Virus record (IMG/VR): IMGVR_UViG_3300020478_001108
Coordinates: 1 to 48,239 of that record
DNA length: 48,239 bases
Source: a virus
Lineage: Duplodnaviria; Caudoviricetes
Direction: 5' to 3' (one strand)
Positions 46,862 through 48,239 of the stretch are shown here, piece by piece (position 1 is the stretch's first letter; each line of letters starts with the position of its first letter). The translations under genes and the position numbers were made by a program. The notes under the pieces are model-generated. The model worked only from the letters and a program-made list of their open reading frames with translations. It was not told where the DNA came from and did not search any database.

Positions 46862-47915
46862 GCGTTTTCTCCGCCATATGATTCAACCTATTAAAATTAG
46901 TAATTAACCAACTATTTAAGTTAGGTAGTGATGTATATAATTTATCTTCCAAAAACATTTTTTGGAATTTATGTTTTATAATTCTTTGTATAGGTTGTTC
47001 CATAATGTTTTGTATTTTTAATTTAGAATTTCCTGAAATAATTACATCATCTAAATCCATTAACTTTTTATTTAAAAATAACCTATCTTTATCTTTTATT
47101 AAGTTTTCACAAACTTTAAATTCTTTTTGTTTTGGCATTGAACTTTTAATTAAATCTTCAATTGTATGTTTATGTGGTGAGCCAAGCCATGGAAATATTT
47201 TCTTAATAGTTTTCAATCCAGCCCCATGTATTCCAGGTATTCCATCTGATTTATCACCATCTAATATTCTATATAATAAAAAGTTTATAGATGCTATACC
47301 ATATTCATCCATTACTCTTTGTTCATCATACATCTTCTTTTTTGTTGGTGACCATACTCTGATATTCTTATCAACTAATTGTAAGAAATCTTTATCAGCT
47401 GACATTATTGTATTTTTTGAATCTTTAAAGACATGTTTAGAACAATAACCAATAACATCATCCGCCTCTATATTCTCCATATTAACAATTGTTAATGGTA
47501 AACATTCTAAATACTCAACTACTCTATTTAACTGAGCAATCATCATCTTGTGTTCATCTTCTCTTGTTAGAGAAACACCAGTAGTTCTATTCAAACGAAC
47601 TGACATTTTTCTACCAGCTTTATACTCAGGAAATATTTTTCTACGGCGGTTAGACCCACCTTTACCATCAAATACTATGATAGTTCGAGTAGGTCTAACC
47701 ATATTTATAGCATAACCAATTGACCTTAAAAAACCAACTATTCCACCAACATGGATTCCATCCTCGTTAGTAGTTGGTATCGCGGAAAATACTCTAATAA
47801 AAGTATTTAATCCGTCTATAAGTAAAACCGAGTCGTTTGGTTCACCACTATCTATTTTACCGCCAGATTTTTTAATCTCGTTAAGTATCGATAAATATTT
47901 TTGATTCTTAATCAC
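46854..47915 (-). CDS. 5'-3' exonuclease / flap endonuclease (PolA N-terminal, T4 RNase H-like)
   Basis: LIDG.N, VFDG, YKAGR, EADD, SADKDFLQL, GDKSDGIPGI.GAG.KT; probable GTG start at 47915 (ORF track 47927). Confidence 0.9.
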   Translation of the reverse strand: MIKNQKYLSILNEIKKSGGKIDSGEPNDSVLLIDGLNTFIRVFSAIPTTNEDGIHVGGIVGFLRSIGYAINMVRPTRTIIVFDGKGGSNRRRKIFPEYKAGRKMSVRLNRTTGVSLTREDEHKMMIAQLNRVVEYLECLPLTIVNMENIEADDVIGYCSKHVFKDSKNTIMSADKDFLQLVDKNIRVWSPTKKKMYDEQRVMDEYGIASINFLLYRILDGDKSDGIPGIHGAGLKTIKKIFPWLGSPHKHTIEDLIKSSMPKQKEFKVCENLIKDKDRLFLNKKLMDLDDVIISGNSKLKIQNIMEQPIQRIIKHKFQKMFLEDKLYTSLPNLNSWLITNFNRLNHMAEKTHG

Positions 47916-48237
47916 CGATGACCTCATCTGTGAACTCTACATCATCAATACCAAGTTTCTCTTTGTATTGTAATATAACCTTGTCACAAATGATTTGATA
48001 TACATACTCTCTCAATTCATCATTTTCAGTAATTAATTCTTCCCAATCTTTTGATTGGAACTTATGTTCTTTACCTTGTTCATCTGTAAGAGTGTACCAA
48101 GCACCACCAACTTTTACTAACTTGTGTTCTTTTAACACAGTCAACCATGCACCATAATTATCTATTCCTCTATCGAAATACATATCATAATCTGCATGTC
48201 GTAATGGTGGGCCTAATCTATTCTTTACAATTTGTGC
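47908..48237 (-). CDS. recA: RecA/UvsX recombinase, C-terminal part (5' end outside the window)
   Basis: Frame open to the edge: AQIVKNRLGPPLRHADYDMYFDRGID...GGAWY matches the RecA KNK.APP...GAWY region. Confidence 0.85.
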   Translation of the reverse strand, partial: AQIVKNRLGPPLRHADYDMYFDRGIDNYGAWLTVLKEHKLVKVGGAWYTLTDEQGKEHKFQSKDWEELITENDELREYVYQIICDKVILQYKEKLGIDDVEFTDEVIGD

Positions 48238-48239
48238 TC

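Noticed and set aside
215-47448. All plus-strand ORFs in the track
   Set aside because: They lie antisense to well-supported minus-strand genes, lack recognisable motifs, and look like shadow frames
1-48239. Stop-codon reassignment, as seen in some jumbo phages
   Set aside because: Core genes are full length in the standard code, and TAA, TAG and TGA all end genes at sensible positions
1-48239. tRNA, rRNA, transposase, integrase or reverse-transcriptase elements
   Set aside because: No cloverleaf or T-loop consensus was seen in the short intergenic gaps, and no such protein motifs in the ORFs (by eye only)

Overview
An AT-rich (about 30% GC by eye), densely coding fragment of a large T4-like/jumbo tailed-phage genome. 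Every credible gene is on the minus strand and many are translationally coupled. In transcription order (right to left) it carries: (1) a replication and nucleotide block: RecA/UvsX (partial), 5'-3' exonuclease, DnaB-like helicase, class II B12-dependent ribonucleotide reductase, family B DNA polymerase, sliding clamp, DNA methyltransferase and clamp loader, with a TonB-dependent receptor and a type II glutamine synthetase embedded; (2) a ~6 kb accessory insert between the two clamp-loader genes: SGNH-like hydrolases, HldE-like kinase, GNAT, a circularly permuted ATP-grasp-like/Hint fusion and three paralogous 2OG-Fe(II) oxygenases; (3) ClpP, DUF1599, a PD-(D/E)XK nuclease, SLOG and RHH genes; (4) a ~17 kb glycan synthesis and modification island; (5) small membrane proteins and early-type hypothetical genes behind repeated sigma70-like promoters. 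The best candidates for undescribed biology are the ATP-grasp-Hint/GNAT/2OG-oxygenase cassette and a perfect H-type RNA pseudoknot in the leader of the TonB-dependent receptor. All assignments come from reading motifs by eye; no database searches were run.
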